Source of the DNA: Amphiscolops sp. MND2022
Taxonomy: Eukaryota
Length of the DNA: 64,000 nt
Direction of reading: 5' to 3'
Assembly (NCBI GenBank): GCA_964187785.1
Contig: OZ076409.1
Coordinates: forward strand, 90,398,001-90,462,000
Shown here: positions 1-13,274 of the stretch, one piece after another
Layout of the letters: the number at the start of each line of letters is the position of its first letter
Numbering within the stretch: position 1 is the first letter of the stretch
Notes under the pieces: generated by a model
Seen by the model: only the letters and a program-made list of their open reading frames with translations
Told to the model about the DNA's origin: nothing
The model's database searches: none
Position numbers and translations under genes: made by a program

Positions 1-3000
1 CCAAATGGGAAGCTACGACTTTTGGTTGACTTGAGAAAAATCAATAACCTCATCTCGGATGATTATATAAACAATAATCACCCTGTTAGCACCCTGGTTG
101 ATGCTGCCCAACACTTGGCAGGCAAAAAACTGTTCTGTAAATTAGACTGTTCGCAGGCATACCACTGCCTACCAATGGCCGACCAACGCTCAATCGAAAT
201 GTTGGCTTTCAATTTTGCCAGTCGTACATTCGCGTACAGACGCTTGGCACAAGGCCTTAGTCGGTCACTATCCGCATTCTCGAGTTTCATGAGGGAATAC
301 CTCGACAAAGTCATTAAAGCGGATCAGTGCGCCCAGTATGTGGACGATATCGGCATCGCAGCCAATGATGTCGACCACCTCATGACGAACCTGAGAGCAA
401 CATTCAAATGCATTCAGGAAGCAGGCCTTAAGTTGACAATGCACAAATGTCACTTCGGTGCAAAAGAAATTGATTTTCTCGGACGGACTATTACCCCGCA
501 AGGCGTCAAACCCCAGAAACAGAACGTGCAAAACTTTCTGGAAAAGACCAAATTCCCAAAGTCGAAAAAGGCTTTGCAGCGCTACTTGGGATTCTTGAAC
601 TACTACAGGAATTATGTCCCAAGACTCTACGAACGCCTTGCTCCATTCTACAAGATGCTCAAAAGTGACAAAAAGGTCCTAGTATCGAAAGAATTAGTCC
701 AACAATTCGAAGAAATCAACAAGGCACTCGACAAATGTTGCGATTTGGCCCTACAACAGCCTATCCCGAACAAACAAATCGCACTAATGACTGATGCAAG
801 TTTTGGTGCAGCTGGATATGCGGTCTTAATAGAAGACGATCCAAACCAGAAATCCACATCTCTCGGAAAATCCTACGCACCGGTGGCCTATGGATCAAAA
901 ACCTTCACCCCAGCCCAGATCAAAATGTCAATATATGCCAAGGAATTTTTGGCAATTTACTTTGCATTCAAAGAATTTGGACATATATTCTGGGGTGCGC
1001 CCAAACCGGTCATTATCCTTACCGACAACAAAGCCGTTACGAGATTTTTCCAAACGAAAATAATACCACCAGCCCTGTGGAATGCATGCGATTATGTGAT
1101 TCAGTTCAATTTTGTCATAGCGCATATCCCGGGAGCACAGAACACAGCAGCTGACTATTTGTCCCGATTGGAGGCAGATCCGAAGGATAAATTAGTCATG
1201 AAAATCCGTGAAGACGTGCAAACTTTACCCATTGAGATAAATGTTCAATCTGCGGGGGTATCACAGGAAGAACAAATATTCTATACGAATGATGATGACG
1301 AGACAGAGGAACAGTATTGGGCAAGAAAAGAAGCAATCAGGAAAAATCCAATGACTGATGAGCCCACTGTTACCATAGAAACTCTGTCAACCAATCTGGT
1401 CAAACAACAACCAGACATTCAAGTCCGATTACAGAAAACAAACCAGATAACCATCGAGCAGTCCAAAGATACAGTATTGCAACAATTGAAGGCAAAGCTC
1501 CTTCATGAAGACTATTCAGAAAACATACTGCAACAGGATGCCCGATATAGACACTATGCAAATAATCTGGAACGAATTGTACTCGAGGACGAAATCCTGA
1601 CGAGGCAATATTTTGATGAAACAGGGAATGTTAAATACCATCAAATTTTGCTCCCGCAACACCTACTTCGGGAATTGCTTCACTCCCTTCACGGGACAGC
1701 GCATAAACATCCCGGGATTTCAAAAATGTTGCAGGAAATCAGACAAAGGTATTACTACCCTAGCATGGCTAAACACGTCAAAAAGTGGGTAGAAGGGTGT
1801 GAACAATGTGCCAGAGACAAGAGAGTCCCTAACGCAACGATCACACCTGAGCTGCTCAACTTGCCCGAATGGGACCTTGGACCTGAAGACGCCATGCAGA
1901 TTGACCTATTGCCGAATCTTCCCCCAAGTGGAGGGTATGAAAATGTCCTAACGGCAATTGATGTTTTCTCCAGATATTTATTCGCTTATCCCCTTACAGA
2001 CGCATCAGCGATCAATGTAGCAAAAGCGCTCATTGACATTATGACTAAACACTCATATCTACCAACAACTCTTATTACTGATAAAGGTACTGCATTTACT
2101 TCTACAATTATTGCGGAGGTTACGCAGATTTTGGGCATCACACTCAAATGTGCAACGACAAAACATCCGCAGACAATTGGGAAATTGGAGCGAACTCATG
2201 CCTCATTGAAAACAAATCTCAAAATGGCATGTGGAGAATATCGCCGACAATGGCACAAATACTTGCCATTAGCAGTACTGAATCATAATACTAGCTATCA
2301 CGCCAGCATCGGTTGTGAACCGACGAGAGTATTCCATTGAAGAATTCCATTTAATATCTTGGATCACAAACTTGGAAATAATCCAAATGAGCAGATCAAC
2401 CCCACAACCGAATTTGCTGAAGAAATCCAAAACCGGACAAAAATCCTAATTGACAAAACGAAGCAGAACATTATGCAGTCGTACATCAAGTACAAAGAAT
2501 ATTACGACCGCAAACCAAAAGCTGCTCCATTGAAGGAGAATGATTACTGTTTCGTCTTACAGCCGAAAGCGGATCATCAAGGATCAAAAATTCCATTCCG
2601 CGATTACCGTTGGGTTGGACCATTTGTAGTCCAAAAGGTTTTGCCAAATGAAAACTACATAGTACGAAGGATCAATACGAACAAAACTCAAATTTTGCAT
2701 CGCATTCGCCTTAAAAGGTTTATTCCCAATCAACCGCTTGAGGACAATTTCCGAGAACAACGTCTGCAGCCAGACGAAGAAATTGTCATTCCGCAAGACG
2801 ACCTATACGTCATAGCGTGGGAAACAGATTTTGGAGAGCAGCTAGTTACACGAGACAGCGAGACTATTCCGACTAGCGTGCCGAATGGCGAACAACCGAA
2901 TACAAGTGACGCACACGAGAATGAAGTCGATTATGTAATCGCGAGTGATGAATCAAATCTTGCCGATCGCGCGTCGAATAGCCGGAATGAACGATTAATT

Positions 3001-3321
3001 GATGACGTCACTACAAGAAATGAAGCTACCGCAGTGACAAAAAACAACAAATCTGATTGGCCGAATCCGGCTGTTTCCCCAAAAAACCAAGAAAATTCTT
3101 TACCGAGTACGGCAAGTGGACCGGAAAATGATGAATTTTTTTCAGAAAGAAATTCGATGAATGAAAACGATGCACAAAACTCTCCAAAAAGGGGGGATGA
3201 TATTATCGTGCCCGAAATATCCGAAAGCGATGCTAGAAATGAAAGTCTGAGCCCTAGAGGAGGGAAATATAATCTCAGGCCTAACCCTAACCCAAACTAC
3301 TCAGAAGACTTCAGATACTAG
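1..3321 (+). pseudogene. pol: pol copy 1 (RT-RNaseH-integrase, 5'-truncated by window edge) with premature TGA at 2338-2340
   Basis: YVDD at 337; RNase H TDAS; integrase HHCC, D-D-E and GPF motifs; ORFs 22-2340 and 2359-3321 are in frame across a single stop (FH*RIPFN). Confidence 0.93.
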
Positions 3322-6300
3322 GGAAGATTAAATTCTGCTCGAAAAGGAGCAGTGAATAGTATCTTCTCACTCTCATTTTTTCTTTTTTTCAGTCCCAAGC
3401 AAAGTTTTTTCTGAATAAATAATGGGACATTTCACAACGATCCCTTCCAGGCAAAATAAACAATGGGATCAAGAAATCAGGAAAACAGAATGGAAATATA
3501 AATAATGACAACAAAACTGAAAGGCAACAAAGTTTACAAGTTCATAGCGTACATAAATACATATGTACATTTAATGATTAGAAGAACTGGTAGTTGGCTC
3601 TTTAGAGACAGAAGAGGCCCTTGACCTCGATGAACTCCTCTCCATTCGTCTGCGTTTAGTGCCACTAGGGGGTTGGACGGCAGGAGTATCACCCATCACG
3701 GACACATTGGGGTTATCCAATCCTCTCACTCGTTCAACAGACTCAGAGAGGGCTGTACGGTAGGTCGAAATCAGGGACTTATAGATCTTGCCCCGCCCAA
3801 AGACGTCAACGTAAGTCCAAGGATCGATGAGGGTGAGAAGGCTGACTGACCAAAGGAACCAGATAGCAGAGAAAAATCGTTGAGACTATGATAAGTGACA
3901 CAAGAAGCAAGAGATCCCGAAACTCCAGACAGATAGCTCTGGACAGGCAGGACAACGTCAACAGACCGGCTTTGGAAGCCTGACGTACTAAGAGTCCCCA
4001 TACTGACAACGGGATAATCGGGACTACAGGAAGTGGCACAGAGACAGCACAATTTGAATAAATGCATCAGGTGACTGTGGGTTTGCATATACTCAAGTGA
4101 CACCAAAAAGTCAATTAAGTCCCGGAAATGTTGGGTGACATCAAAATCTGAGGCGTAATTATTGCGCAAGTAATCAAGCAGTCCCACATACTCATCACGA
4201 CAAGTGGACTCGTTGGTGGTTGTCACCCATGAGCGAAGCAAGAAGGTACTGTATAATATGTCAAAGTGATGGAGAGCTACTTCTGTGGGCCTCCTAAACA
4301 TAATGAAGGGGTCAAAGGCGGCGAGTCCCTTAACGATGTTTGAGCTTAGCCCCGCTTGTCGAAGGACTTCGCCTATCAGGTACTGTATGTATGTCTGCCC
4401 ATCGTGGACAAACTCACTCCTTATGGTAGACGCGGTCTTCTGAACAAGGGCTTTGTCTACCTTCTTCCCTGAGTGGACACCTTCTGACTTCAGCTTGCAA
4501 GCCTTGGAGACCTTATTTGTCATCTTGAGTCGGGTCAGGAACTCCTCCACAGGCATGAAAGTTCCTTCAGTGACTTGGAATCCCAGCAGATGGAGCCATG
4601 AGTTCTCAAGGGGAACTGTATCAGAATTGTAGCAGCGAAAACACAATTTGTAAATGTAGCGAGAAACCTCCCCACAAAGATAAAAGGAGGAATCACGCCG
4701 TTGCTGCTGATTGACGATGAAACTGGAATTGTCTGAAACAAGACGGTGGCCTATTCTGGTCCTAAGAAGAAAACCTAAAAAACCCATTATAGAGTACTAA
4801 CAATCACTAATCAGATGATAGAAGAACTCCAGTTTGACAGGGAAAAACTCATCGCAGATGAGGGCCCACTCGAAACTCTGAACCTGAAACAAAAACGCAA
4901 ATACGATTACTGCATTAGTTTAACCATTTCACCATACCAGACATGGGGATTACGAATCTCGTCGATAATAGGACAGATTATGCAACTCACCCTTGTCCTG
5001 ACTCCCTGTCCTTGTTGCTGGGGGACGTGAGATGTTAAGTAGGTCGTGATTGGCTTCCACTCGTCTATGAGTTCCTGGCAGAGAGTGGGGAGAGACTGGA
5101 GGTCCAATTTACAACTGGAAATGGCCTAGAAAGAGAAATTCAGAGATTATCCCCACTTAGTTGGCAAAACTTCAAACCCCCCCATGTATGAGTCACACCA
5201 TAGAACTGAAAGATACTCACCCTAACGAGTTCAGGACTCCTCTGTACCCATTCCTCTCGGAGAGAACTGCCCAAAGAGATAACAAGGCCTTTGAGCACGG
5301 AGAAGAAATCGATGTGCCCAAATACACTGTAGCTTATCTTGTGCATTAGGTGAGGCAGATCCAACTGGCTGAAACGGAAACAGCTTTGCACAGCTCTGGC
5401 AGTAGTCGGCATTCCATGTATGGCTTGAAGCAGACCAGCTGGGCACCCAGAACAAGCAACTATGTCCGCTTTGGTAGAGACGACTGAAAGCAATCGGGCT
5501 AAGGATCCCAGCTCTCCCGTTAGATCGGAAGATGGTAAGCCACTCCTGCATACTGTCACTCTGCAAAGTTCGTGACCTTTCCAAAACCGCAGGGACATGA
5601 ATCTGCTAGAGCCACTGTCTTCGAACTCCAGACCGAAGCACTGTTCTGAAGCCACATGCTCGCCTATATCTTTTAGAGCGCAATTGAAGAAATGTTGGAA
5701 AATGGCCTGAAATGGAAAACGGCACTTAAAACAGAGCGTAAATTATCGACCAAGAGATATGTGTGAGGAATACTTACAGTTATTCTCTCTTCTCCCCAGT
5801 CGAAGTCGCAGAGTGCAGCCTGGTAGTCAGTAAACGAACTGATTTTTGCCCACATGCTCCTAAGGACTGACAAGTCCCCGTGTGTAGGGATGTACTCTCC
5901 AATCAGGCACAATTGCGTTCGGGCTCTCGACTCAGGTGTCACTAAAGGGGTGTTTCGGCCTCGGATGAAATCATCGTAAAACGGAAAGCGCTCCCCGATG
6001 TCAACCAATTCCGTATAGATGAACTTTGGCATTTCTTTGGCCAGCTCCATTTTATTCAGGATTTTGCCATTACGACCTCTTACACGGTGCTGGACTGTTC
6101 CGCTCACTGGATCGACACTCCTGAGGTGCTCGTACCTCCACCGCTGGTCACGTCGTAGGTGTTTTTCGGTCCGATGGTGCCTAAGAATCTCGAAGGGACC
6201 TTTAGACCTAATCGAGAAATTCTTCTTGCACATATGGCACCAGACCATATGTGGATTGTGGATCGGGTCAGCAGGACCAGAAATGAAGGACCTGGTCCAC

Positions 6301-6706
6301 CCTATCTTGGCGAAGAATTCTTCGCGCATGGGCACTCCTCGCTGAATCTGTCTCTTAGGCCTGGGAGTTTTCTTATCCCGGGAAGCGCGTTTTGACTTGC
6401 TGCTCAAAGTTTGTTCCCTGACTTCAGAGAGGGTGGCATCTTGACTACTGGGATCGGTATCCAATCCTCCCTGTTCCTCACCTATGGAAGGGGTGACGAG
6501 TTCAGGCGGTGGGCCTCAAATCCAAAATGCAGTTTTGGCCGGGTCGGGACAATTGACCAAAGAGAGATGGAACGTTCCGGCCGAGAGACCGGAAGGATAT
6601 TCCGAAATACTGCAAAACTTAGAACCTAGGAACAATTCTAAGAGTAAACAGACCAACGACCGTCCCAAAGACGGATTCACAAGCACGAATTCTCGTGCTT
6701 ACGACA
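3198..6706 (+). repeat. Shared middle LTR of element A with a 4514-bp internal deletion at 6514/6515 (5' boundary inferred)
   Basis: Matches 12902-16220, then jumps to 20735-20925; preceded by PPT AAAAAGGGGGGA (3186-3197) and followed by PBS. Confidence 0.7.
3571..6514 (-). pseudogene. 5'-truncated, frameshifted copy of the antisense BED-finger/hAT-like gene
   Basis: Near-identical to 13275-16220; start and promoter removed by the deletion; 1-bp deletion near 3826 shifts the last exon. Confidence 0.85.
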
Positions 6707-7836
6707 TGGTGACAGGAGAAAACGAATCTCCAATCGAAGTTCCTGAGTTTCTCACGGGACGAATACCATCCACCAGTCATCTCAACAGATCAAATGATGA
6801 CCTTCCCCTGCTCGACACGACGATCCCAGCACAAGAGAGAATTGCTACGGCTGCCGACTCCGATCCCATCACCCGACTGGCAGACGTCTTGACCACAATG
6901 CAAAATAGACCGACAGCCCAACAACTCACTATACGCCCAGTCAATTCAAACACAATGACTTTTGATGGCAAGAGTGAAAAATTCGAGCTGTTTGAGGACC
7001 TGTTCCACACGATGATCAAGATGCAACCGGAAATGACGGAACAGATGAAAATAAATCACTTCCACTCACTGCTGAGGAAGAATGCTCTCCAAACCTTCCG
7101 GAACATCAGCTCGAGCAATAGACAGACTTTAGAGGACGTATTGGTAATATTCAGACGAAAATACGTCAAACCCGAATCACAGGCGACTGCCAAACATAAA
7201 TGGCACCGTCTAGTCTTTGATCCCAACACGATGAAACTGCCAGATTTCCTTGAAGAATTAAATCAAGGGGCAGAAAAAGCATTCGGGGATCACGCGCAGA
7301 AAATGATTGACAGTTTGCTCTACGCAAAACTGCCACCAAAACTGAAGCGGTCTGTAAACATGGCCAGACTCGAAAACGGCTCTTATGACGAAATAGTTGC
7401 TCATTTAGAGAGAGAGTTAGAACTAAATGCCCTTGAGGAATCAGACGACCTACCAATGGCCACAATGACCTCCTCATCTACAAAACCTAAAACTCCTCTG
7501 TCCACAGGGCAACTGTCCGATATCACTTGCAATTACTGCAAGGAAAAGGGTCACATGGTCAAGGATTGCGAAAAACTGAAAAAGAAAAAAGAAAAAGATG
7601 CCCAACAAGGCAAGTCGACACAGAAGAAAACATACCCGGAGTGTGGCACTTGTGGCAAAAAGAACCACCCGGAAGAACGATGTTGGCAAGGTGCTGGTGC
7701 ACATCTTAAACCCAAACGCACTAGACCTGAAGACTCAACTGAGAATAAGCCCAATCCAAAGGCTCAGAAACCTCAGACCAAACCGACATCATCCGGCTCC
7801 CAATCCTCATATCCTAATGAAAAGTCAAAAAACTAA
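6484..7836 (+). CDS. gag: Gag (capsid-like region plus two CCHC zinc knuckles); native N-terminus replaced by 10 codons from across the deletion junction
   Basis: CNYCKEKGHMVKDC and CGTCGKKNHPEERC knuckles; FDGKSEKFELFEDLF capsid-type start; lies directly upstream of pol. Confidence 0.92.
   Translation: MEGVTSSGGGPQIQNAVLAGSGQLTKERWNVPAERPEGYSEILQNLEPRNNSKSKQTNDRPKDGFTSTNSRAYDMVTGENESPIEVPEFLTGRIPSTSHLNRSNDDLPLLDTTIPAQERIATAADSDPITRLADVLTTMQNRPTAQQLTIRPVNSNTMTFDGKSEKFELFEDLFHTMIKMQPEMTEQMKINHFHSLLRKNALQTFRNISSSNRQTLEDVLVIFRRKYVKPESQATAKHKWHRLVFDPNTMKLPDFLEELNQGAEKAFGDHAQKMIDSLLYAKLPPKLKRSVNMARLENGSYDEIVAHLERELELNALEESDDLPMATMTSSSTKPKTPLSTGQLSDITCNYCKEKGHMVKDCEKLKKKKEKDAQQGKSTQKKTYPECGTCGKKNHPEERCWQGAGAHLKPKRTRPEDSTENKPNPKAQKPQTKPTSSGSQSSYPNEKSKN
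6707..6718 (+). promoter_or_regulatory. Primer binding site TGGTGACAGGAG (closest to tRNA-Leu 3' end)
   Basis: Immediately follows LTR terminus ACGACA; 11/12 match to TGGTGTCAGGAG, the complement of the vertebrate tRNA-Leu(CAG) 3' end as recalled. Confidence 0.75.
7827..7833 (+). promoter_or_regulatory. -1 ribosomal frameshift slippery heptamer A AAA AAC (gag-pol)
   Basis: X XXY YYZ heptamer directly before gag TAA (7834-7836); the -1 frame is open from 7833 (LTSPRLQYNEL...) into the pol ORF. Confidence 0.85.
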
Positions 7837-10800
7837 CTTCGCCACGACTCCAATATAACGAACTAATATCTGTCCGACAATACATCAGATCGGACCCTCC
7901 AACGCAAACTTTCCACCAATACAATCAACAATTGATGGGCTATCCCTCTGTTGTCTGGCAGCAACAGATGGAAAAAGCTACCATCATCACCTACAATAAC
8001 ACCCATTTATTCCAGAAACCAATTCCTGTTTGGGACCCTGATTATACTACTACCTTCACTACCCGATTCAGGCCTATTCCCCTGGTTGACAATTACAACC
8101 CTACCTACATATATCCAGACTACGGCAGAGACCCCTATTGGGACACAGAAATCTACAACCAGGAACAACTACAATTCCAATATGTCTTAGACGACATCGA
8201 GCACTATAATAGAACGGTCCACGAAAACCCTCCAATCACCCACAATAAAAAGACCAGAGCACTAGTTGAAAACTGGCAAATGAATGACGGCACCAACCAT
8301 CCAGTGTTCCCAAACCCATTGGGGACCGAGACCCATGAAGACGTTGCTCAACCCATACCACAATCACTATTAGACGAGAAGCAATTCCAGAATATCTTAA
8401 TCACCAGGGACGGTGAACCAGACTGTGTACCATTGTCAACCAACATCAATCTCAAATGCAAAAAACGCATGTTGTATTTCCCCATGGACTTTGGGGAGTT
8501 GACCATAGACGGACTTATCGACACTGGAGCGCTGTCCAGTGCAATTCCTGAGATGGACCTCCGGAAAATTCGACTCCTATCTCCACAATCTGTTATCCGG
8601 GAAGGTCCACCTCCAAATTTCCAAATCATGGTTGCTAATGGGCAATTGGAAACTCCTAAGAGTACCATAGAGCTCAAATTCGAAGTTGGTGACATTGAGT
8701 TCCATGAAATCTTTATAGTCATGGAACACCTGACAGGTCCGATTATCGGCCTAATGTTTCTTCAACGAAATCATACAGTACTGGACATGAGACAAGGAAT
8801 CTTGAATTTCCCGTTCTTTTCGATGCAGCTCAAAACAGCAGACCATAAGTACTCAAACGTACTTGAACCAATCCTCGACCCTGCTGAAATAACCATTCCG
8901 CCAAATGACAGAGTCCTAATCCGGACTAATTCCCTACTCTACCCTGAGAATGCTGTCACTGGAATCTTGCAACCGAGCGACCTTCTACACGAAGAAGGCG
9001 ACATCACATTTTGCCCAGCTTTGGTCACTCTGAATGACGGCAATCTATTGATACCAGTGAACAATTTCACAGACCACCCTTATAAACTCAAAAAGGGACT
9101 TCATATTGCCAATTTCTCCGTCATGACACCAGAACAGATGAAGTATGTCAAACCGGTAGACCCGGCATCAACCTGGCATCTTTTACAAAATGACCAAGAG
9201 CAGGCAGCCCACTATGTCAGCAGTCTCATCAAAACTAATAGAAATCCACAAAACACTGAAAACTACTGGTTCCCAACTCCAGAAAATCCTGGAAACCCTG
9301 AGGAACATACGCCCATACAAAAACGAATCCTTCAAGAATTACAGGCCTTACAAGACCTAGAGACACTTGACCCCACCAAAGATGAAGAATCACGTGCAAA
9401 ATTCTTAGAAAACTTCGATTGGAAAGATTCCACCCTTACTCCTGAAGAGAAGGAGAAAATAGAGGAATTGTTAGTGGAATTCCACGACATCTTTGCACGA
9501 CACCGATTTGATATAGGCATGAACGAGGACTTCAAGGTGAAACTGACACCTAAAGACGATTCCCCAGCCTATAGTCAAAGTCTTCCAGCCCCTATCAACT
9601 TGAAGGAAGACATCCTAGTCGAATTAGCCATGTTACACAAATATGGCATCATTACCACCCTACCGTTCTCGAAGTATGCAAGCCCAATATTCGCCCAAAA
9701 GAAACCAAATGGGAAGCTACGACTTTTGGTTGACTTGAGAAAAATCAATAACCTCATCTCGGATGATTATATAAACAATAATCACCCTGTTAGCACCCTG
9801 GTTGATGCTGCCCAACACTTGGCAGGCAAAAAACTGTTCTGTAAATTAGACTGTTCGCAGGCATACCACTGCCTACCAATGGCCGACCAACGCTCAATCG
9901 AAATGTTGGCTTTCAATTTTGCCAGTCGTACATTCGCGTACAGACGCTTGGCACAAGGCCTTAGTCGGTCACTATCCGCATTCTCGAGTTTCATGAGGGA
10001 ATACCTCGACAAAGTCATTAAAGCGGATCAGTGCGCCCAGTATGTGGACGATATCGGCATCGCAGCCAATGATGTCGACCACCTCATGACGAACCTGAGA
10101 GCAACATTCAAATGCATTCAGGAAGCAGGCCTTAAGTTGACAATGCACAAATGTCACTTCGGTGCAAAAGAAATTGATTTTCTCGGACGGACTATTACCC
10201 CGCAAGGCGTCAAACCCCAGAAACAGAACGTGCAAAACTTTCTGGAAAAGACCAAATTCCCAAAGTCGAAAAAGGCTTTGCAGCGCTACTTGGGATTCTT
10301 GAACTACTACAGGAATTATGTCCCAAGACTCTACGAACGCCTTGCTCCATTCTACAAGATGCTCAAAAGTGACAAAAAGGTCCTAGTATCGAAAGAATTA
10401 GTCCAACAATTCGAAGAAATCAACAAGGCACTCGACAAATGTTGCGATTTGGCCCTACAACAGCCTATCCCGAACAAACAAATCGCACTAATGACTGATG
10501 CAAGTTTTGGTGCAGCTGGATATGCGGTCTTAATAGAAGACGATCCAAACCAGAAATCCACATCTCTCGGAAAATCCTACGCACCGGTGGCCTATGGATC
10601 AAAAACCTTCACCCCAGCCCAGATCAAAATGTCAATATATGCCAAGGAATTTTTGGCAATTTACTTTGCATTCAAAGAATTTGGACATATATTCTGGGGT
10701 GCGCCCAAACCGGTCATTATCCTTACCGACAACAAAGCCGTTACGAGATTTTTCCAAACGAAAATAATACCCCCAGCCCTGTGGAATGCATGCGATTATG

Positions 10801-13025
10801 TGATTCAGTTCAATTTTGTCATAGCGCATATCCCGGGAGCACAGAACACAGCAGCTGACTATTTGTCCCGATTGGAGGCAGATCCGAAGGATAAATTAGT
10901 CATGAAAATCCGTGAAGACGTGCAAACTTTACCCATTGAGATAAATGTTCAATCTGCGGGGGTATCACAGGAAGAACAAATATTCTATACGAATGATGAT
11001 GACGAGACAGAGGAACAGTATTGGGCAAGAAAAGAAGCAATCAGGAAAAATCCAATGACTGATGAGCCCACTGTTACCATAGAAACTCTGTCAACCAATC
11101 TGGTCAAACAACAACCAGACATTCAAGTCCGATTACAGAAAACAAACCAGATAACCATCGAGCAGTCCAAAGATACAGTATTGCAACAATTGAAGGCAAA
11201 GCTCCTTCATGAAGACTATTCAGAAAACATACTGCAACAGGATGCCCGATATAGACACTATGCAAATAATCTGGAACGAATTGTACTCGAGGACGAAATC
11301 CTGACGAGGCAATATTTTGATGAAACAGGGAATGTTAAATACCATCAAATTTTGCTCCCGCAACACCTACTTCGGGAATTGCTTCACTCCCTTCACGGGA
11401 CAGCGCATAAACATCCCGGGATTTCAAAAATGTTGCAGGAAATCAGACAAAGGTATTACTACCCTAGCATGGCTAAACACGTCAAAAAGTGGGTAGAAGG
11501 GTGTGAACAATGTGCCAGAGACAAGAGAGTCCCTAACGCAACGATCACACCTGAGCTGCTCAACTTGCCCGAATGGGACCTTGGACCTGAAGACGCCATG
11601 CAGATTGACCTATTGCCGAATCTTCCCCCAAGTGGAGGGTATGAAAATGTCCTAACGGCAATTGATGTTTTCTCCAGATATTTATTCGCTTATCCCCTTA
11701 CAGACGCATCAGCGATCAATGTAGCAAAAGCGCTCATTGACATTATGACTAAACACTCATATCTACCAACAACTCTTATTACTGATAAAGGTACTGCATT
11801 TACTTCTACAATTATTGCGGAGGTTACGCAGATTTTGGGCATCACACTCAAATGTGCAACGACAAAACATCCGCAGACAATTGGGAAATTGGAGCGAACT
11901 CATGCCTCATTGAAAACAAATCTCAAAATGGCATTTGGAGAATATCGCCGACAATGGCACAAATACTTGCCATTAGCAGTACTGAATCATAATACTAGCT
12001 ATCACGCCAGCATCGGTTGTGAACCGACGAGAGTATTCCATTGAAGAATTCCATTTAATATCTTGGATCACAAACTTGGAAATAATCCAAATGAGCAGAT
12101 CAACCCCACAACCGAATTTGCTGAAGAAATCCAAAACCGGACAAAAACCCTAATTGACAAAACGAAGCAGAACATTATGCAGTCGTACATCAAGTACAAA
12201 GAATATTACGACCGCAAAGCAAAAGCTGCTCCATTGAAGGAGAATGATTACTGTTTCGTCTTACAGCCGAAAGCGGATCATCAAGGATCAAAAATTCCAT
12301 TCCGCGATTACCGTTGGGTTGGACCATTTGTAGTCCAAAAGGTTTTGCCAAATGAAAACTACATAGTACGAAGGATCAATACGAACAAAACTCAAATTTT
12401 GCATCGCATTCGCCTTAAAAGGTTTATTCCCAATCAACCGCTTGAGGACAATTTCCGAGAACAACGTCTGCAGCCAGACGAAGAAATTGTCATTCCGCAA
12501 GACGACCTATACGTCATAGCGTGGGAAACAGATTTTGGAGAGCAGCTAGTTACACGAGACAGCGAGACTATTCCGACTAGCGTGCCGAATGGCGAACAAC
12601 CGAATACAAGTGACGCACACGAGAATGAAGTCGATTATGTAATCGCGAGTGATGAATCAAATCTTGCCGATCGCGCGTCGAATAGCCGGAATGAACGATT
12701 AATTGATGACGTCACTACAAGAAATGAAGCTACCGCAGTGACAAAAAACAACAAATCTGATTGGCCGAATCCGGCTGTTTCCCCAAAAAACCAAGAAAAT
12801 TCTTTACCGAGTACGGCAAGTGGACCGGAAAATGATGAATTTTTTTCAGAAAGAAATTCGATGAATGAAAACGATGCACAAAACTCTCCAAAAAGGGGGG
12901 ATGATATTATCGTGCCCGAAATATCCGAAAGCGATGCTAGAAATGAAAGTCTGAGCCCTAGAGGAGGGAAATATAATCTCAGGCCTAACCCTAACCCAAA
13001 CTACTCAGAAGACTTCAGATACTAG
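7833..13025 (+). pseudogene. pol: pol copy 2: spacer, aspartic protease, dUTPase-like domain, RT, RNase H, integrase with GPF tail; one premature TGA at 12042-12044
   Basis: LIDTGA (8520), YVDD (10041), TDAS, integrase HGTAHKH...CEQC, IDL..TDKG..LER; ORFs 7932-12044 and 12063-13025 in the same frame. Confidence 0.95.
12890..12901 (+). promoter_or_regulatory. Polypurine tract AAAAAGGGGGGA inside the pol 3' end
   Basis: Classical PPT followed by TG (12902) and TATCGT (12908), a 5/6 inverted match to the LTR end ACGACA. Confidence 0.65.
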
Positions 13026-13274
13026 GGAAGATTAAATTCTGCTCGAAAAGGAGCAGTGAATAGTATCTTCTCACTCTCATTTTTTCTTTTTTTCAGTCCC
13101 AAGCAAAGTTTTTTCTGAATAAATAATGGGACATTTCACAACGATCCCTTCCAGGCAAAATAAACAATGGGATCAAGAAATCAGGAAAACAGAATGGAAA
13201 TATAAATAATGACAACAAAACTGAAAGGCAACAAAGTTTACAAGTTCATAGCGTACATAAATACATATGTACAT

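Noticed and set aside
78..2796. Short minus-strand ORFs over pol (and their duplicates at 9782-12500)
   Set aside because: Antisense shadows of the pol reading frame
3280..3297. CCTAACCCTAACCC telomere-like repeat (also near 12984)
   Set aside because: Only about two units, and it encodes PNPNPN in the pol C-terminus
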